DNA of 64,000 nt from Minisyncoccota bacterium (GTDB taxonomy: Bacteria > Patescibacteriota > Minisyncoccia > Phycocordibacterales > CAJBRS01): assembly GCA_017881075.1 (NCBI GenBank), contig JADGRH010000003.1:64682-128681 (forward strand). The letters run 5' to 3'. A program made the position numbers and the translations under genes. Position 1 is the first letter of the stretch. The number at the start of each line of letters is the position of its first letter. The notes below the pieces were generated by a model. The model did no database searches, was not told the origin of the DNA, and saw only the letters and a program-made list of their open reading frames with translations. Below, in pieces: positions 61,432 through 64,000 of the stretch.

Positions 61432-62556
61432 CTACGCGTGCTCTACAAACGAGAGAGCCATCTTTTGCTCTTTGGCATCAAAGAGAGTGATGCGGAAGGT
61501 GTAGCTTTTGCCGAGCTCCAGTTTTTGTCGGAGTTTTTCTTCACTACCGAATTCGGAGATATGAACGAGGCCGGCGACACCCTCTTCAATGGAAGCAAGA
61601 GCACCATGCTTATTGAACTTAATAATAACAGCTTGAACAACGTCATCTTTTTTATATTTTTTCTCCGCCTCTTTCCATGGATTTTCTTTCAAAGCCTTAA
61701 TGGAGAGAGAAATCTTGCCGTCCTTAATCTCAATAATCTTTACCTTCACTTTATCACCAACGCTGAAAAGGGTTCGCGGATCGTCTATCAACGACCAGTC
61801 AATTTCAGAGATGTGAACCAATCCTTCCAATCCTTCCTCAACTCTGACGAAGACGCCGAAGTCCACCATACCTGTTACTTCGCCTTCCATTTCATCACCG
61901 ACGGTATATTTGCCGATGATTTTTTCTTTATCTTTCAATTCCGGATTCTTTTCGGAGAAAATAAGTTTGCCCTCTTTTGGCAGAGCGGAGATAACGGCAA
62001 CGGAAATTTTCTGGCCAATTAATTTTTTTAGCTCTTCTAAAATCTTGTCCTTGTCGCCATCCATTACCCGAGGGTAATGCTCAGTCTTTAATTGTGAAGC
62101 TGGCAAGAATCCCTGGAGGCCCTGCCAGGTCAAAATAAGCCCACCTTTGTTTGCTTCAATTACAAGAAGATCCAAAATGCGTTTATCGCGAATAGCTGAT
62201 TCCGCCTCGCTCCAAATGAGGGCCTGTTTTGCTTCCTTCAGAGAGAGTTCCAGATATCCTTCAACATTTTCCAAGTCAACAACCTTGGCCGCCACTCGGT
62301 CGCCAATGTTTATTCTCTTAATGATGTCTCGGGCGTTGATGTATTCCTTGCCGTAGATGATACCGGTACCATATGGAGGCAGATCAACAAAAACACCGCT
62401 TTTATCAATAGCGATAACAGGACCTTCCACAAGGTCTCCGACACTTGGAGGAGTGACGGAATCATTGAGGAATTTCCCCATAGCGTTTTCTTTTTTTGGT
62501 TTAGCCTCTTTTTCCTGTTTTTCTACTTCAGCTTGGGCTGTAATTGTTTTTGGCAT
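61432..62556 (-). CDS. rpsA: 30S ribosomal protein bS1 (four S1 domains)
   Basis: Repeated S1 OB-fold motifs (G..V.G.V......G.FV.L....EG..H.SE.). Confidence 0.85.
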   Translation of the reverse strand: MPKTITAQAEVEKQEKEAKPKKENAMGKFLNDSVTPPSVGDLVEGPVIAIDKSGVFVDLPPYGTGIIYGKEYINARDIIKRINIGDRVAAKVVDLENVEGYLELSLKEAKQALIWSEAESAIRDKRILDLLVIEANKGGLILTWQGLQGFLPASQLKTEHYPRVMDGDKDKILEELKKLIGQKISVAVISALPKEGKLIFSEKNPELKDKEKIIGKYTVGDEMEGEVTGMVDFGVFVRVEEGLEGLVHISEIDWSLIDDPRTLFSVGDKVKVKIIEIKDGKISLSIKALKENPWKEAEKKYKKDDVVQAVIIKFNKHGALASIEEGVAGLVHISEFGSEEKLRQKLELGKSYTFRITLFDAKEQKMALSFVEHA

Positions 62557-62807
62557 ATTAATTTTTGTACAAAAAATATCCCCGCGTTTCGCCTGAAAAT
62601 CTATCGTGACAAGGGCGAGATTACGCTACAGGGGTTTGGTTGGTAATAAGATGAGTATATAGGAGAAAAGGGATTTGTAAACACACATAGGCCGCAACAT
62701 ACTCGATATCAGCCTAACTATGGTTCCAATCCTTGACCCCCAGCTAGACAATTTTCCTTTCTATGATAGTAGAAAATACCCGACATCGGATATCGGGTTC
62801 GAGCGAA

Positions 62808-62999
62808 GCCAAAAGACTCTTGCGAAACCCACGCAGGAGCTTAGAAAATTAAGAGGCAAAAAGCTTCAGAACGGAGGAGACTGTTTGAGCGAAGCGAGTT
62901 TGACGGAGTAGGAGCTTTTTGACTCTATAATTTTCTTGAGCGACGAGTTAAGCAAAAACTCACCAGAGTTTTATGCGGGTTCCGCAAGAGTCTTTTGGC
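62808..62999. other. ~192-nt nested imperfect palindrome (candidate structured RNA or MITE-like element)
   Basis: Outer arms 62808-62830 / 62977-62999 (23 bp, 1 mismatch). Inner arms ~62837-62867 / 62912-62941 (about 24 of 29). 44-nt centre; asymmetric 6/35-nt internal loop. Confidence 0.6.
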
Positions 63000-63021
63000 A
63001 GAGCTATGTTATAATCCCGCC

Positions 63022-63627
63022 ATGGTAATCACATATCACGGACTGGAATTTTTTAAATTACAGCTAGGGGACTTAACAATTGCCCTAAATCCTCCATCAA
63101 AGGAGTCTAAATTCAAGGCGCCAAGATTCGGTGCTGATATTGTTCTTATTTCAATGAATAATCCCGATATGAACGGAGCCGAGCAGATGTCTCATGGCGA
63201 CCGCCAACCTTTTGTCATCTCCGGCCCGGGCGAATACGAAGTAAAAGAAATATTTATTAAAGGTTTCCCCGATTCTGCAAATACTATTTACACCCTATCT
63301 CTTGATGGAATGAATCTCTGTTTTCTCGGAGCGTTGTCGTCAAAAGAATTACCAAAAGAAACCGTGGAATCTTTAGACGACATCGATATATTATTTGTGC
63401 CGATCGGTGGCCACGGAGTGCTTGCCCCACCTGAGGCCTATAAACTGGCAGTCAGTTTGGAACCGAAAATTGTCATCCCTATGCATTATGTAGATGCCGA
63501 CAAAGCCCCACTGAAAGCCTTTCTCAAAGAGTCAGGGGAAGAAGTCAAAGCAATTGACAAGCTGACCATTAAGAAGAAAGATTTGGAAGGTAAGGAAGGA
63601 GATGTAATTATATTAAGTGCTGTCTAA
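63022..63627 (+). CDS. MBL-fold (UPF0173-like) protein with degenerate metal-binding motif
   Basis: MVITYHGLEFFKLQLGD..IALNP resembles the family N-terminus. The HxHxDH position reads ISMNNPDMNG. ATG at 63022; extended -10 tgttataat upstream. Confidence 0.6.
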   Translation: MVITYHGLEFFKLQLGDLTIALNPPSKESKFKAPRFGADIVLISMNNPDMNGAEQMSHGDRQPFVISGPGEYEVKEIFIKGFPDSANTIYTLSLDGMNLCFLGALSSKELPKETVESLDDIDILFVPIGGHGVLAPPEAYKLAVSLEPKIVIPMHYVDADKAPLKAFLKESGEEVKAIDKLTIKKKDLEGKEGDVIILSAV

Positions 63628-63629
63628 TC

Positions 63630-63917
63630 ATGTGGAATTTTATAGGTAAATTACAGAAGAAGCCCAAAGGCGAACGAAAGCGAATTGTATTTATGACTGC
63701 CAGTGGAATTACCTTAATAATTGCCGGCATCTGGTTTGTGTCATTTTATTTTAATGTACTTACCGTTAGGCAAACAAAAAAGACGGCCGAGACAAGTCCA
63801 ATTATGATTTTGAAAGCAAACCTCTCAAACGTCTATCAAAGCTTTTCTCAAACTGCTCCGACTACGACGAATTCAACCACCACCCTCACAAATTCCAGCA
63901 CCACCACTTCCCAATGA
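63630..63917 (+). CDS. small membrane-anchored protein with Thr/Ser-rich tail
   Basis: 95 aa; one TM (ITLIIAGIWFVSFYF); starts 2 nt after the upstream stop. Confidence 0.45.
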   Translation: MWNFIGKLQKKPKGERKRIVFMTASGITLIIAGIWFVSFYFNVLTVRQTKKTAETSPIMILKANLSNVYQSFSQTAPTTTNSTTTLTNSSTTTSQ

Positions 63918-64000
63918 AGCCTTTAAAACTGGCTGATTTTGTGTTAAAATTGCTAAATAATGGCTTCCAAACCTGATAAAAAAGACGGCTCGGCCGCATC

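Noticed and set aside
62720-62911. 63-aa plus-strand ORF
   Set aside because: It falls across the nested palindrome in an intergenic region, with no RBS and a low-complexity product. The structure explains the sequence better than coding does.

Overview
Gene-dense, mostly low-GC bacterial DNA. The housekeeping set is nrdA/nrdB, rnpB, murJ, lepA, valS, tsaD, trxB, ftsZ/ftsA, ybeY, rpsU, lepB, pth, purL, rpsA and 7 tRNAs. Together with a type IV pilin, many small membrane ORFs and several enzyme paralogs with degenerate active-site motifs, this fits a small-genome Patescibacteria/CPR-like organism (inference only; no database search was possible). From the tRNA-Ser at 570-659 to about 19 kb the content looks accessory and compositionally mosaic. 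It holds GC-richer single genes, three paralogous orphan receiver-domain cassettes (6.3-10 kb), and an AT-rich nuclease/defence-like island (10.4-17.7 kb). The best candidate for an undescribed system is inside that island. A 28-bp inverted repeat pair (12908-12935 / 13317-13344) encloses 381 bp carrying a near-consensus outward-facing promoter, which looks like an invertible promoter switch. It sits directly upstream of a tight four-gene operon (13360-15527): three small winged-helix-like proteins plus a protein with a HEPN-like Rx6H motif. This operon is flanked by a MazG + DUF2075 nuclease/ATPase pair on one side and by PD-(D/E)xK, GIY-YIG and NYN nuclease genes on the other. Other notable signals:
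- a 68-nt hairpin element present twice with four compensatory base-pair changes
- in-frame palindromic insertions inside tsaD
- a PAS-sigma-PAS cassette bounded by ~143-bp direct repeats next to a tRNA cluster
- a ~190-nt nested hairpin that could be a 6S-like RNA or a MITE
- a valS leader ending in a terminator
No CRISPR array, rRNA, transposase or integrase gene was seen. All functional calls rest on motif recognition by eye, and coordinates of non-ORF features were counted by hand.
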